From Candidatus Omnitrophota bacterium (lineage in GTDB: Bacteria; Omnitrophota; Gorgyraeia; JACQQV01): a stretch of 64,000 bases of DNA. The notes under the pieces were generated by a model. It did no database searches. It worked only from the letters and a program-made list of their open reading frames with translations, and was not told the DNA's origin. This document shows, piece by piece, positions 51,403-60,803 of the stretch. The stretch covers positions 302-64,301 of the forward strand of contig JACQQV010000010.1 of NCBI GenBank assembly GCA_016206785.1. The letters run 5' to 3'. Both the position numbers and the translations under genes were made by a program. Every line of letters starts with the position of its first letter. The stretch's first letter is position 1.

Positions 51403-51497
51403 TGCAGACTCCTTTTTATTAGTCCAGTTCTACTTCGTATCTCGTGAAGCGTCGTTCGTCAAACGAGATACGCTTCACGAACGACGAGCGACGAAAA

Positions 51498-51572
<75 letters not shown>

Positions 51573-51579
51573 AGAAAAT

Positions 51580-51664
51580 TGGTGGGCGGAAGAGGGCTCG
51601 AACCTCCAAGGATTTCTCCACAAGCTCCTAAGGCTTGCGCGTATACCAATTCCGCCATCCGCCC
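51580..51664 (-). tRNA. tRNA-Leu (TAG).
   Basis: It is 85 nt with a long variable arm, acceptor GGGCGGA/TCCGCCC and anticodon loop CTTAGGA. The CCA is encoded. Confidence 0.8.
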
Positions 51665-51711
51665 TTTTAATCCTCTATCCGCCATCGGTTTGGTGCAAAA
51701 AGGAAGTTCGT

Positions 51712-51783
<72 letters not shown>

Positions 51784-51813
51784 GAAGATCAAAACATATA
51801 TTATAACATAAAT

Positions 51814-51832
51814 GGCGTGCCTGGCAGGACTC
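51814..51832 (-). repeat. 19-nt exact direct duplicate of the 3' end of tRNA-Arg (GCGTGCCTGGCAGGACTCG), 126 nt downstream of the gene.
   Basis: The two copies at 51814..51832 and 51959..51977 are identical. This is an att-like partial tRNA duplication. Confidence 0.6.
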
Positions 51833-51958
51833 GGCGCCCTCCGCTCACTCCGTTCGCTTCGGGTCGGCCCCCCGCCCGCAAACCGCATGCTCCCTATTCG
51901 GTCGCATGCTGCGGGCTCCCTTCGAGTCCCAAAGGGCACGCATCGACGAGAAATTCAG

Positions 51959-52032
51959 CGTGCCTGGCAGGACTCGAACCTGCGACGCCCAGCTTCGAAG
52001 GCTGGCGCTCTGTCCAACTGAGCTACAGGCAC
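51959..52032 (-). tRNA. tRNA-Arg (TCG).
   Basis: The reverse complement is GTGCCTGTAGCTCAGTTGGACAGAGCGCCAGCCTTCGAAGCTGGGCGTCGCAGGTTCGAGTCCTGCCAGGCACG with anticodon loop CTTCGAA. Confidence 0.75.
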
Positions 52033-52036
52033 GTTT

Positions 52037-53425
52037 CTACAATAAGATCCACGTGGCAAGAACAAGATAGGCGCTCGTACTGACCAAATCGGTGGTGGTG
52101 GTAATCAAAGGACCTGTTGCGGTCGCTGGATCGACCCCAAAACGACTTAACACAAAAGGCTCGGCCGCTCCGGCGGTACTGGCGACAATCATGGAGGTGC
52201 ACATCCCCAGTCCAACGACAATAGGAAAAAAGAGTTCAAACCGGTCCCCGTAAAGACTGAACGCCATCACAGCAAGAACGATTCCATAACAAACCCCTAA
52301 CAACACACCGACACGAAACTCTTTAAAAACGGTTCTCGCCATATCCTTCTGCTGGATATGCCCCGTGGCCAGGCTCCGCACCACAATCGTTGCAGACTGT
52401 GCACCGACATTTCCTCCCATCGCTGCAATGAGCGGGAGAAAGGAAGCGAGGGCTACAATTTTACTTAAGGTGAATTCATAATGCTTGATGATGACAGAGA
52501 CCACCAGTTCGCCGATGAGTGTCGTGATGAGCCATGGGAGTCGGAGGCGAGCGATCCGGAATGTAGAACGGGCAGCGATGTCCTCCGCCTTCGTCCCCGC
52601 CATTTTTGCGATGTCCTCTGTCGCTTCCTGTTGAATCACATCGACGATGTCGTCAATGGTGATGATCCCCAAAAGACGGTCGGCCTCGTCCACAACAGGA
52701 ACATCCAAAAGGTCATACTTTGAAAACCATTTTGCCACCTCTTCCCGCGGCATGTCATGCGTAATCTTGATAAGTTCCGCCGGAGACATGAGGTCTCGGA
52801 TCGGCATGTCCGGGGCAGCAAGGAGGAGTTCTTGGAGACTTAAGGTTCCAGTTAACCGATGTTCATCGTCCGTCACATAGACCGAGTAGATGTCCTGCTG
52901 CGCCTGACCTGCCTTTCGCCCTTCTTGGAGTCTCAGAATCGCGTTCTTCGCGGTGAGTTCCTTCTTCAATTCGATAAAATCTGTCGTCATGAACGCACCC
53001 GCCGTCCCTTCCCGATAACTGAGGAGGCGCCGGACATCCTCCACTTCTTCCTTCCGCATCATCCCAAAAAGGCGCTTGACGACCCGTTGCGGAAGATCCT
53101 TGAAGAGCTTCACCCTTTGGTCTGCAGACATCTCGTTCAAAACCTGCGAGACCTCTTCGTTGGCGAGGTTATTCAGGAGGAGGGACTGTTCCTCAAAACG
53201 GAGATTCTCGAAAAGTTCTATCGCTTTTTGTGCAGAGAGGAGTTTAAACACAAGGATCTTTTCGGTAAGGGAGAGGGACTTAAACCCCTCGGCAAGGTCC
53301 AGAGAAGGAACTTTTTTAAGAAAATCCTTTAACTGGGGAAAGTCCTTTTTTTCGAGGAGCTCTTTAATCTCCGGAAGAAAAAGGGCGAGGATTTCGAGGG
53401 ATCGTTGTCCCCTGTGGTTTCTCAT
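52037..53425 (-). CDS. mgtE: Magnesium transporter MgtE.
   Basis: It has an N-domain, tandem CBS domains and a C-terminal 5-TM MgtE domain. Confidence 0.85.
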   Translation of the reverse strand: MRNHRGQRSLEILALFLPEIKELLEKKDFPQLKDFLKKVPSLDLAEGFKSLSLTEKILVFKLLSAQKAIELFENLRFEEQSLLLNNLANEEVSQVLNEMSADQRVKLFKDLPQRVVKRLFGMMRKEEVEDVRRLLSYREGTAGAFMTTDFIELKKELTAKNAILRLQEGRKAGQAQQDIYSVYVTDDEHRLTGTLSLQELLLAAPDMPIRDLMSPAELIKITHDMPREEVAKWFSKYDLLDVPVVDEADRLLGIITIDDIVDVIQQEATEDIAKMAGTKAEDIAARSTFRIARLRLPWLITTLIGELVVSVIIKHYEFTLSKIVALASFLPLIAAMGGNVGAQSATIVVRSLATGHIQQKDMARTVFKEFRVGVLLGVCYGIVLAVMAFSLYGDRFELFFPIVVGLGMCTSMIVASTAGAAEPFVLSRFGVDPATATGPLITTTTDLVSTSAYLVLATWILL

Positions 53426-53431
53426 TATCGG

Positions 53432-54043
53432 TTACCGTGCATAGTCTGGTTCATTCCCCCGCTTCCACTTAATGTTACATCCGATGCTCGGCTTCTGAGT
53501 TGAACTGACCGGCTTCCCCGCAAGGACCGCTTCGATCGCGGCCCGAAGATCTTTGCCTGTGACCGGCTTCCCATTCCCGGGCCGGCTGTCATCGAGCTGG
53601 CCCCGATAGAGGAGCCGCCAAGTTACATCCCCGCCCGAGGCGGGTCCGCCTCCGGCGGAAAAGAGGAAGAAGTCCGGCGTGCAGGCAGCGGTGTAGGTCT
53701 TCGCGACATGCTGCGTTTCATCGTAGCAGAAAGGAAAGGTGAGTCCGAGTGTCTTGGCCATCGTCTTTAAGTTCTCCGGAGCATCGTCCGGATAATTTTG
53801 CGCATCGTTGGAACTAATCGCAATGATCCCGATCTCCCGCTTCGCATAGTCCTTCCCGAGACGCGCCAGTTCCTGCTTCACATGCTGCACATAGGGGCAA
53901 TGCTGGCAGATGAACATGACTAGAAGCGCTTTCTTATCCGCGAAGGTCTTGGGACTCACCCTCTGGCCCGAGACAACGTCCGGGAGGCTAAAGTCGGGTG
54001 CTTGCGTTCCCAATTCAAGCATGGTTGATTCTGTGAGTGACAT
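53432..54043 (-). CDS. Thioredoxin-like / AhpC-TSA family thiol-disulfide oxidoreductase.
   Basis: It has the CQHCPYV CxxC-type motif in a thioredoxin fold. Confidence 0.55.
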   Translation of the reverse strand: MSLTESTMLELGTQAPDFSLPDVVSGQRVSPKTFADKKALLVMFICQHCPYVQHVKQELARLGKDYAKREIGIIAISSNDAQNYPDDAPENLKTMAKTLGLTFPFCYDETQHVAKTYTAACTPDFFLFSAGGGPASGGDVTWRLLYRGQLDDSRPGNGKPVTGKDLRAAIEAVLAGKPVSSTQKPSIGCNIKWKRGNEPDYAR

Positions 54044-54110
54044 AGAGATATTTTAACAACTCGTTGAAAAGACGTCAATTAGGATTTATAATGGTGCGGC
54101 GGAGAAAAGG

Positions 54111-55202
54111 ATGAAACAGAGTCGTCTTGTCTTAAGGATGGTCTTTGCGATTCTCCTCATCGGTACTCAGTCGACCGGTGCAGGTTCCGAATCCCTTCCT
54201 CCCGTTGAAGCGGGACGGTGGGAAGAGGTGGTCAAGGAGGAATTCAACGAACTTCAGTTGTTACAACCCCCCCTCTGGAGAGAGGACAACCCCGACGACG
54301 CCACTCCCTTTTCGGACAACGGAACCTTTTTCCGTAAAAAAAATCCAGCGTTTACCCCTCCTTCCGGGTATCGGATCTCGGCCCCTTTGGGAAAGAATGG
54401 TCTTCTCGCGATTGAGTCCTACTCCCGAATAAAGAAAGATCCAAAGAGCCTTTTTGATATCGTCGAGGACCCTGCGCATCCCGGAAACCGCGTTCTCCGG
54501 ATCGCCTCTCCGGAGCACACAGACGGAACAATCCTTCACACCGGTGCCTTAGGGTCCCGTTATCAGATTTGTGCCCGTGTCGGTTATATGAACTTTGGAA
54601 CGGGGGAGGGCGATAACGGATACAGCGGCGGAGAGCGGGGCGGGCCATGGGTCGACAGCGACGCTACTGAAGAAAACGGTTTCTACTTTGGGGCCATCTA
54701 CCGTTCAAAGCCGATGCCCCATAACAATATCTTTGCCCACCACCAAAGGATTCTCTTTATCGACTCCGACAATAACAAGGAAGGGTGGACAGCGATCTGG
54801 GACCCCGGAAAAGAGGAGTTTGTCAAAAGCGGTGCCCATCCGGTCATGATGGTTGCGGTGGATGGCCGTGGCGAGGAGACAGAAGAGTATGGACCTCCCT
54901 TCCTCTCCTATGCCGCGGGCAAGTGGCAGGAGTCGGGCAAGATCCTCGCGGTCGATGCGTATAAGAAAGACACCTGGTACACCGTCTGTTTTACGCGAAT
55001 GGATAACAGGATTTCGATAAAGATTTCAGGCGACTTTCGGTACGGAGGAAATAAAACGTACGAAGCGATCCAAAAGGATACAAGCCGCGTCTTTCATTTC
55101 AACGATCCCCATTATTGGTTCCTCGGCGACCCGCATACGAATTATTACGAAGGGATGATGCTTGTCGATGACGTAGCACTCAGGATCTGGAAAGCAAAGT
55201 AG
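54111..55202 (+). CDS. Secreted hypothetical protein.
   Basis: It has the signal peptide MKQSRLVLRMVFAILLIGTQSTGAGS. No motif was recognised. Confidence 0.4.
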   Translation: MKQSRLVLRMVFAILLIGTQSTGAGSESLPPVEAGRWEEVVKEEFNELQLLQPPLWREDNPDDATPFSDNGTFFRKKNPAFTPPSGYRISAPLGKNGLLAIESYSRIKKDPKSLFDIVEDPAHPGNRVLRIASPEHTDGTILHTGALGSRYQICARVGYMNFGTGEGDNGYSGGERGGPWVDSDATEENGFYFGAIYRSKPMPHNNIFAHHQRILFIDSDNNKEGWTAIWDPGKEEFVKSGAHPVMMVAVDGRGEETEEYGPPFLSYAAGKWQESGKILAVDAYKKDTWYTVCFTRMDNRISIKISGDFRYGGNKTYEAIQKDTSRVFHFNDPHYWFLGDPHTNYYEGMMLVDDVALRIWKAK

Positions 55203-55211
55203 CAAACGGCG

Positions 55212-55802
55212 TTAAAATTTCACCTTCGGCGCTTCTTTCACGGAAGCGTCCTCCACTTCAAAGAACTCTTCCTTGTGAAAGTTGAAGGTACCCGCAATGA
55301 GATTCGTCGGAAACTGCTCGACCGCCGTGTTCAGTTTCTGCGCCCAATCATTGTAATTGTTGCGTGAAAATGAAATCTTGTTTTCGGTGGACGCGAGTTC
55401 CTCTTGAAGCGACAAAAGATTCTGGTTCGCCTTCAAGTTCGGATAGTTCTCCACAACGGCGAAAAGGGACCGAAGGGACTGTGTGAGCGCCGTCTCCGCC
55501 CTTCCCTGCTCCTTTACGCCGGAGACATCAATCGCCTGCTGACGCGCTTTGATCACATTTTCCAAGACCGTCTTCTCATGGGCGAGATACCCCTTTATCG
55601 TCTCCACAAGATTCGGAATCAGGTCGTATCTTCTTTTCAGTTGCACATCAATCCCTGCCCACGCATTCTTCACTTCATTCCGCACCGAGACAAGTTGATT
55701 GTACATGCTGATCACGGCGATCACCCCTAATACCGCGACAATCAGGATACCCCATAAAATCACCATCGAACCCTCCTTTCTATAACCCCTTTGTATGTTC
55801 AA
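55212..55802 (-). CDS. lemA: LemA family protein.
   Basis: It has an N-terminal TM plus the conserved LemA region (NAWAGIDVQLKRRYDLIPNLVETIKGY). Confidence 0.8.
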   Translation of the reverse strand: MNIQRGYRKEGSMVILWGILIVAVLGVIAVISMYNQLVSVRNEVKNAWAGIDVQLKRRYDLIPNLVETIKGYLAHEKTVLENVIKARQQAIDVSGVKEQGRAETALTQSLRSLFAVVENYPNLKANQNLLSLQEELASTENKISFSRNNYNDWAQKLNTAVEQFPTNLIAGTFNFHKEEFFEVEDASVKEAPKVKF

Positions 55803-57432
55803 TCAGATATTGAACCAGTTCCAGTTCATCCTTCTCAAACCAGATGAGGTTGCAAGAGAAGCAACGGTCCACCTCCACCAGGTAGGCCATCGTATAAAAC
55901 CCTTTAACCATCCACGCGCCACACCGTGGACATTGAAGGGAAGAACGCGCATTCCCGGGGGGCCTAAGCCGGAATTTTTGAAGACCGCTTTTTTGCGCAA
56001 GTTCGGCAAGTCTCTCGATCCTTTCGTCAAAACGGACTTCCCTTCGGATGACAAGGCGGGGCATTTTATTCTCTTCCAAAAGGACCCCCTCACAGAAGAG
56101 GCAGCGCTTCACGATGGCTCCCTCATACGTTTCTTCGACGAGGGATTGTTTGCACGTGGGACAAAGAAGCGCGGAGGCTTGAAATCCCTTGAGTTGCCCC
56201 TCAAAAAAAGGCTTCAAGAGCGGCTCGTCTTTCGCCTGCTTGACGCTTTCTTCTTCGATCCCCTTTAACCAGGTATCCGGTGTAACCCACCCGAGGTGCA
56301 TCAGCTGAGGAAAGGTGAAAGGACCTGCCCACCCTTTCTCTTTTTCCATGACCATCCACTGAGACCCTTTTTTCTCGAAAGCGCTCTCACGCGTTTTCTC
56401 CTTTATTTTTTCCTGGGAAAGAACGTGCTCCTCAATCGCTTGCGCATCGACGTGCGCCATCTGTGTAAGGAGCGCGATGCGCTTGCGGATGGGAGGATGG
56501 GTGGAAAGAAGATCCGCCCAAAATCCTTCCGATTCGTCGACCTCCTCCCGGAGCGGATTCATAATAAAAAGTGATTCAAGATTCGAATCGATGTCTCCAA
56601 ATCCTCTCCAGCCCCTCGAAATCAGAACAAGCGCCTCCGAAAGACTGATCGGGTCCCGGGTGATTTTTACCGCGATCGCATCGGCCCGGAGTTCCCTGTC
56701 TCGCGAGACAAAGAGGCGGATCAGATTATAAAAAAACTGGAGGAGGGTGAGGAGGATGTAGATCAAGGCCAAAAATAAAACGATACCTCCGGCCCTTCCG
56801 GAAATTCGGACGCGGCCGCCTCTAAAGATCTTCCTCATGCCCGAAAGCATCGCTGCATAGATGCCGAAGAAAGAGCAGCCGAGCGTCGTCTGATACGAAT
56901 CACCGGAGACAATATGTCCCACTTCATGTGCAATCACCGCCTGAAGTTGTTGGCGATTGAGTTTCGAAAGGAGGCCCTCCGTGACACCCATCAGTGCATG
57001 TCTATCGTCGTGGGAGAGGGCGAAGGCATTCATCGCCAGAGTCGGAATGACAACGGGGGCAATGATGTATTTATTTCCTGTGGCGACATTCACTTCTTCT
57101 ACAATCGTTTTGAAACGTTGGTGATACGTATCGGCCGGATCCACGGCGATGGCGCCAAGGTTTTGGGTCACAAAGGAGGAAACATGATGAATCGAATAGA
57201 AGGCATGGAGAGTTGCCGCAACGAGCGCAAACAGAAGAACATTCAGAAGCTCGTGGCGGGTGAGGAAAGGAGATCCTCTCCCGAAGAGGTCAGCGGCTTG
57301 AAGCACAAAAAAGGCTTTCGTGACGTTGGCTAAAATGACGGCGATCAAAAAATAAAAAAGAACCACGACGATAAAAAAGACCCAGATCCGCGTGTTCTTC
57401 TGTTTTTCGATCTCTGTATACGTGAGAGTCAT
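55780..57432 (-). CDS. M48-family zinc metallopeptidase (HtpX-like) with C-terminal zinc-ribbon modules, paired with lemA.
   Basis: It has HEVGHIVSGD (HExxH), multiple TM helices and C-terminal CPTCK...CLFCEG and CPRCG...CFSC ribbons. Confidence 0.7.
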   Translation of the reverse strand: MTLTYTEIEKQKNTRIWVFFIVVVLFYFLIAVILANVTKAFFVLQAADLFGRGSPFLTRHELLNVLLFALVAATLHAFYSIHHVSSFVTQNLGAIAVDPADTYHQRFKTIVEEVNVATGNKYIIAPVVIPTLAMNAFALSHDDRHALMGVTEGLLSKLNRQQLQAVIAHEVGHIVSGDSYQTTLGCSFFGIYAAMLSGMRKIFRGGRVRISGRAGGIVLFLALIYILLTLLQFFYNLIRLFVSRDRELRADAIAVKITRDPISLSEALVLISRGWRGFGDIDSNLESLFIMNPLREEVDESEGFWADLLSTHPPIRKRIALLTQMAHVDAQAIEEHVLSQEKIKEKTRESAFEKKGSQWMVMEKEKGWAGPFTFPQLMHLGWVTPDTWLKGIEEESVKQAKDEPLLKPFFEGQLKGFQASALLCPTCKQSLVEETYEGAIVKRCLFCEGVLLEENKMPRLVIRREVRFDERIERLAELAQKSGLQKFRLRPPGNARSSLQCPRCGAWMVKGFYTMAYLVEVDRCFSCNLIWFEKDELELVQYLIEHTKGL

Positions 57433-58544
57433 GGAGGCATTCTTTTCTCGGGAAACAATTGAAGAAGCCCTTCTTCGGTTGCCGGGCAGACCCCACGTTC
57501 CGTAATCAGGGCCGTCACGAGCCGTCGCGGCGTTACATCAAAGGCATAATTCGCCACCTGCGTTTCCCTGGGTGTTAAAAGGACTTTTTTGATTTCTCCA
57601 TCGCAGAGGCCCTGAATATGGGTGACCTCTTCGGCGCGACGCTCCTCGATCAGAATTTCTGAAATGCCCTCCCTCTTTTCCCAATCGATGCTCGTGGAAG
57701 GAAGCGCCACATAAAAAGGGATTCCGTTATCGTGGGCGGCAAGAGCCATGAGATAGGTCCCGATCTTATTGGCGACATCGCCGGTAGCCGTCGTCCGATC
57801 CGAGCCGACGATGGCCAAGTCGATCTTGCGGCGCTGCATCAAATATCCGGATGCATTGTCAACGATGACCGTGTGAGAAACACCATGTTGACCGAGCTCC
57901 CAGGCAGTGAGACTCGCTCCTTGATTGCGCGGTCTCGTCTCATTCACCCAGATATGAAGATCGATCCCTTTGTCGAATGCCTGATACATGGGGGATGTCG
58001 CCGTTCCCCAATCGATGCAGGCCAGCCATCCGGCATTGCAGTGCGTAAGAATATGGACGGCCCCTCCCCCCTTTTTCGCACGAATCGCCTCGATGAGCCG
58101 AAGACCATGTTCTCCAATTCTCCGGCAACTTTCAACATCTTCCTCCGCCATCTTCTGCGCCTCTTCGAAGAGAAGCTGAACCCCTTCCTCTTTCGAGCGC
58201 ATGCGCCTGATAACCTTCAATTGCCGCTCGATCGCCCACTGGAGATTGACCGCCGTCGGTCGTGTGGCCTTGAGCCTGGAGGAGGCGTCCTCCATTATTT
58301 TTTCAAGAGACTGATCCGACGGTGCGTCCAAAAGAGCCAGATACATCCCAAACGCCGCCGCAACGCCGATCAAGGGGGCCCCGCGAAGATGCATCTCTTG
58401 AATCGCGGAAGCGATCTCATCGAGCGTTCTTATTTCTTCGATCACAAATTTGTGGGGAAGATAGCGCTGGTCGATGAGTTGAATGGTGTGAGGGTCACCT
58501 TGTTTGACCCAGAGGCTTCGATAGGGAATGCCATGAATCTTCAT
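57429..58544 (-). CDS. mtnA: S-methyl-5-thioribose-1-phosphate isomerase (eIF-2B alpha/beta/delta family).
   Basis: Family-wide conservation is present, including the N-terminus LIDQRYLPHKFV. Confidence 0.8.
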   Translation of the reverse strand: MKIHGIPYRSLWVKQGDPHTIQLIDQRYLPHKFVIEEIRTLDEIASAIQEMHLRGAPLIGVAAAFGMYLALLDAPSDQSLEKIMEDASSRLKATRPTAVNLQWAIERQLKVIRRMRSKEEGVQLLFEEAQKMAEEDVESCRRIGEHGLRLIEAIRAKKGGGAVHILTHCNAGWLACIDWGTATSPMYQAFDKGIDLHIWVNETRPRNQGASLTAWELGQHGVSHTVIVDNASGYLMQRRKIDLAIVGSDRTTATGDVANKIGTYLMALAAHDNGIPFYVALPSTSIDWEKREGISEILIEERRAEEVTHIQGLCDGEIKKVLLTPRETQVANYAFDVTPRRLVTALITERGVCPATEEGLLQLFPEKRMPP

Positions 58545-58918
58545 TTTCCTGATCTTCGAAAAATACCGCGGATCAGACGTCGGACCGCTGAACCCTCCTC
58601 GTTTGGCGCGGCCCCATCCCAGCCCTCCTTTCTTCCCTTCTCCCAGCCGGGTGGCGTCTTCCCCTGTTTCTCCAATCCGGGGGGAAGTTTGTCTTTCTTG
58701 GAAAGTCCCGGAGGCATCCCGCCGGGGCTTTCTGGCTCACCGGCCAATTCGTCGGCAACCTCCCGAATCACCGACCGCCCGACCTCCTCTCCAGCCCGTT
58801 CTGCCGCAGACGGTCGCGTCCCGGCGTGACCTTTCCCTTTCCCCTTAGGTTGTGCAAACGTCGTCGTTGGCACAAAAAGCCAAACAAGCACCATCATGAA
58901 CACAACGGTCCGTTTCAT
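58541..58918 (-). CDS. Small secreted Gly/Pro/Lys-rich protein. Hypothetical.
   Basis: It has a signal peptide (MKRTVVFMMVLVWLFVPTTTFA) and a low-complexity tail. Confidence 0.35.
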   Translation of the reverse strand: MKRTVVFMMVLVWLFVPTTTFAQPKGKGKGHAGTRPSAAERAGEEVGRSVIREVADELAGEPESPGGMPPGLSKKDKLPPGLEKQGKTPPGWEKGRKEGWDGAAPNEEGSAVRRLIRGIFRRSGK

Positions 58919-60081
58919 CTTTTTTCTCCTCTCTTTCCGTTCACAGGGATCATTTTCAGAAGTCCTTTAGAACGCAACGCCCCAAATAACTCCCGCGCCA
59001 CCCAGACATGTCCCTCAGGACTGAGATGGCCATCTGCAAGCCATAAAGACTCGAAATCGCCTTGCCATTTCAGAAGGGACTGAGAGAGATTTGAAAAGGA
59101 GATACCCTCTCTCTCACAAAATTTTTCCAAGGCAAGATCCAAACGGGGGGTATCCGCATCCGGCATCGCTCGAAGGCTCCGCATCTGACTACGCGCAGGG
59201 AGGATGAGAAGAAAAGGCCTTGCACCGATCTCTTTCACCTCACGGTCCCAAGCTTCTAAAATCGCCAGGGTCAAATGAAAGGCGGGTTGCTTCTCCAGAG
59301 GAACCTTATGTTGGTCCTTTTTTGCCCTCTCCTCCCGATCGGCGCTCCGCCGGAGAAGCGTGGAATAGGTGACGCGTAACCAGTTTGCAGCATGAGAGTG
59401 GGACATGAGGAAACGATATCCAGGTCGATTCTGGACTCTTGAATTGATCACATAATTTCTGTATTTTTTCGACATCTCAACCGTTGCAGGTTGTTGCACT
59501 AATTTCCCTTTCTTCAACTTAAAAAGCTGCGCCTCCCAATTATCTTCCATGTCGTTGTACACAAAAAAGGCGAGGATCACAAGATCGGGTTCGTATCTTT
59601 TCCCAATGCGGCGGAAAAGAATCAGTTCCTGGTCATTCCCATACCCGCGGATCGCCGCGTTAATCGTTTCTACGCCTTTGATGTGCGCTGCCTCGAGAAG
59701 TAACTCGAGTTGCTTCAAATAAGTCTCCTCGAACTCAACCCCTTCGCCCATGCTTATCGAATCACCGAGGAGTAAAATACGAAAAACATGGTTTGGTTTA
59801 TGAAAGGAAGTCTCCCTTTCCCGGATCCCCACTGAATTGGTCTTAAGATGGTACATCCGCACAGAGGTTCCTTTAAAATGGGCCTCCGTATTGGGTTTGA
59901 GTGTGTAGATTATTTCTTGATCGAGCTGTACCCCTTGCGGTCTGATTAAATCTTGCGGAAAGAACAGGCGCAAACAGATCTCTGCGACAAGAAGCGCCAA
60001 GCCCACACCAAACGCCAAAGAGACTATCCTGGCTAGGAAATATCTCCTTATTTTAAAGTTCCTTCCACTTGCCTTTTTCAA
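58915..60081 (-). CDS. Membrane-anchored SGNH/GDSL-family hydrolase.
   Basis: It has an N-terminal TM and an LLLGDSISMGEG GDS(L) block. Confidence 0.55.
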   Translation of the reverse strand: MKKASGRNFKIRRYFLARIVSLAFGVGLALLVAEICLRLFFPQDLIRPQGVQLDQEIIYTLKPNTEAHFKGTSVRMYHLKTNSVGIRERETSFHKPNHVFRILLLGDSISMGEGVEFEETYLKQLELLLEAAHIKGVETINAAIRGYGNDQELILFRRIGKRYEPDLVILAFFVYNDMEDNWEAQLFKLKKGKLVQQPATVEMSKKYRNYVINSRVQNRPGYRFLMSHSHAANWLRVTYSTLLRRSADREERAKKDQHKVPLEKQPAFHLTLAILEAWDREVKEIGARPFLLILPARSQMRSLRAMPDADTPRLDLALEKFCEREGISFSNLSQSLLKWQGDFESLWLADGHLSPEGHVWVARELFGALRSKGLLKMIPVNGKRGEKR

Positions 60082-60703
60082 GGACTTCGATTTGGAGAAT
60101 AGGATGGATCTCCCAGCTAGTGGCAGCCCCTCTCCCGATCAGGTCCAGATGTTGCTGATCCATCATGAGCCACCCGCTGATCCGCACATGGGCGCGGTCA
60201 TCCGCCAGCTTCTGTAATCTCTCATGCTCCCAAGTGGGGTGTCGGTCCTGGATGCGGGGGGTCGTTTCCGTAATCATGGCTTTGGTTCGGTCGTCGTTCG
60301 GAGACTCCGCGAGCAACAGATGAAAATCGCCCTTTGGCGAATAGCAGTTGGCACTCTCTTGTTTGCCGGGGAATCCCTTTACCACATATCCCTCCGTCCG
60401 GACCGCCCGGGCCTCCTGCACCCTGACCTTCTCCAGCGTCTCTTTCGGCCATTCCCTTCTCCACTTCTCCTGAGAAATCCCTCTGGGAATCTCCAACCGG
60501 ATCAAATCGGCCAGCTTCACGTCTTCGAAGTGATCCGGTCTCTCGATCCGGTTTTTGGCCAGGTTTAAGTCGGGATCATTCGGACCCGTAGGCGACACCT
60601 TGCCCTCTGGAGGACAGTTGTTGAATACGTTTTCCAGCTGAGCAAAAGCAGGGATAGAAAATAAAAAAGCGAAGGTTAGAATGACCACATGTAACATTTT
60701 CAT
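60053..60703 (-). CDS. Secreted hypothetical protein.
   Basis: It has the signal peptide MKMLHVVILTFAFLFSIPAFA. Confidence 0.35.
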   Translation of the reverse strand: MKMLHVVILTFAFLFSIPAFAQLENVFNNCPPEGKVSPTGPNDPDLNLAKNRIERPDHFEDVKLADLIRLEIPRGISQEKWRREWPKETLEKVRVQEARAVRTEGYVVKGFPGKQESANCYSPKGDFHLLLAESPNDDRTKAMITETTPRIQDRHPTWEHERLQKLADDRAHVRISGWLMMDQQHLDLIGRGAATSWEIHPILQIEVLEKGKWKEL

Positions 60704-60767
60704 GTTTATCTCGCGGCCAGGGATATTTTAGCAACTACTTGATACTGCGTCAATTTCGAAAAAAGCA

Positions 60768-60797
60768 TTGACTCGATTTTGATTTTCTTGGTAAAAT
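60768..60797 (+). promoter_or_regulatory. Putative sigma-70-type promoter (TTGACT-18 nt-TAAAAT) directly upstream of 60804.
   Basis: The -35 and -10 hexamers have near-consensus spacing and sequence. There is very little leader, so the transcript may be leaderless. Confidence 0.3.
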
Positions 60798-60803
60798 AAA
60801 ACC

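Noticed and set aside
51440-51495. Interleaved complementary segments (TCGTGAAGCGT / ACGCTTCACGA and CGTCGTTCGT / ACGAACGACG) between the tRNA-Gly 3' end and the ptsN start.
   Set aside because: The arm order (S1-S2-loop-S1'-S2') does not give a simple terminator hairpin, and there is no flanking U-tract on the transcribed strand. It may be a processing structure but cannot be supported further.
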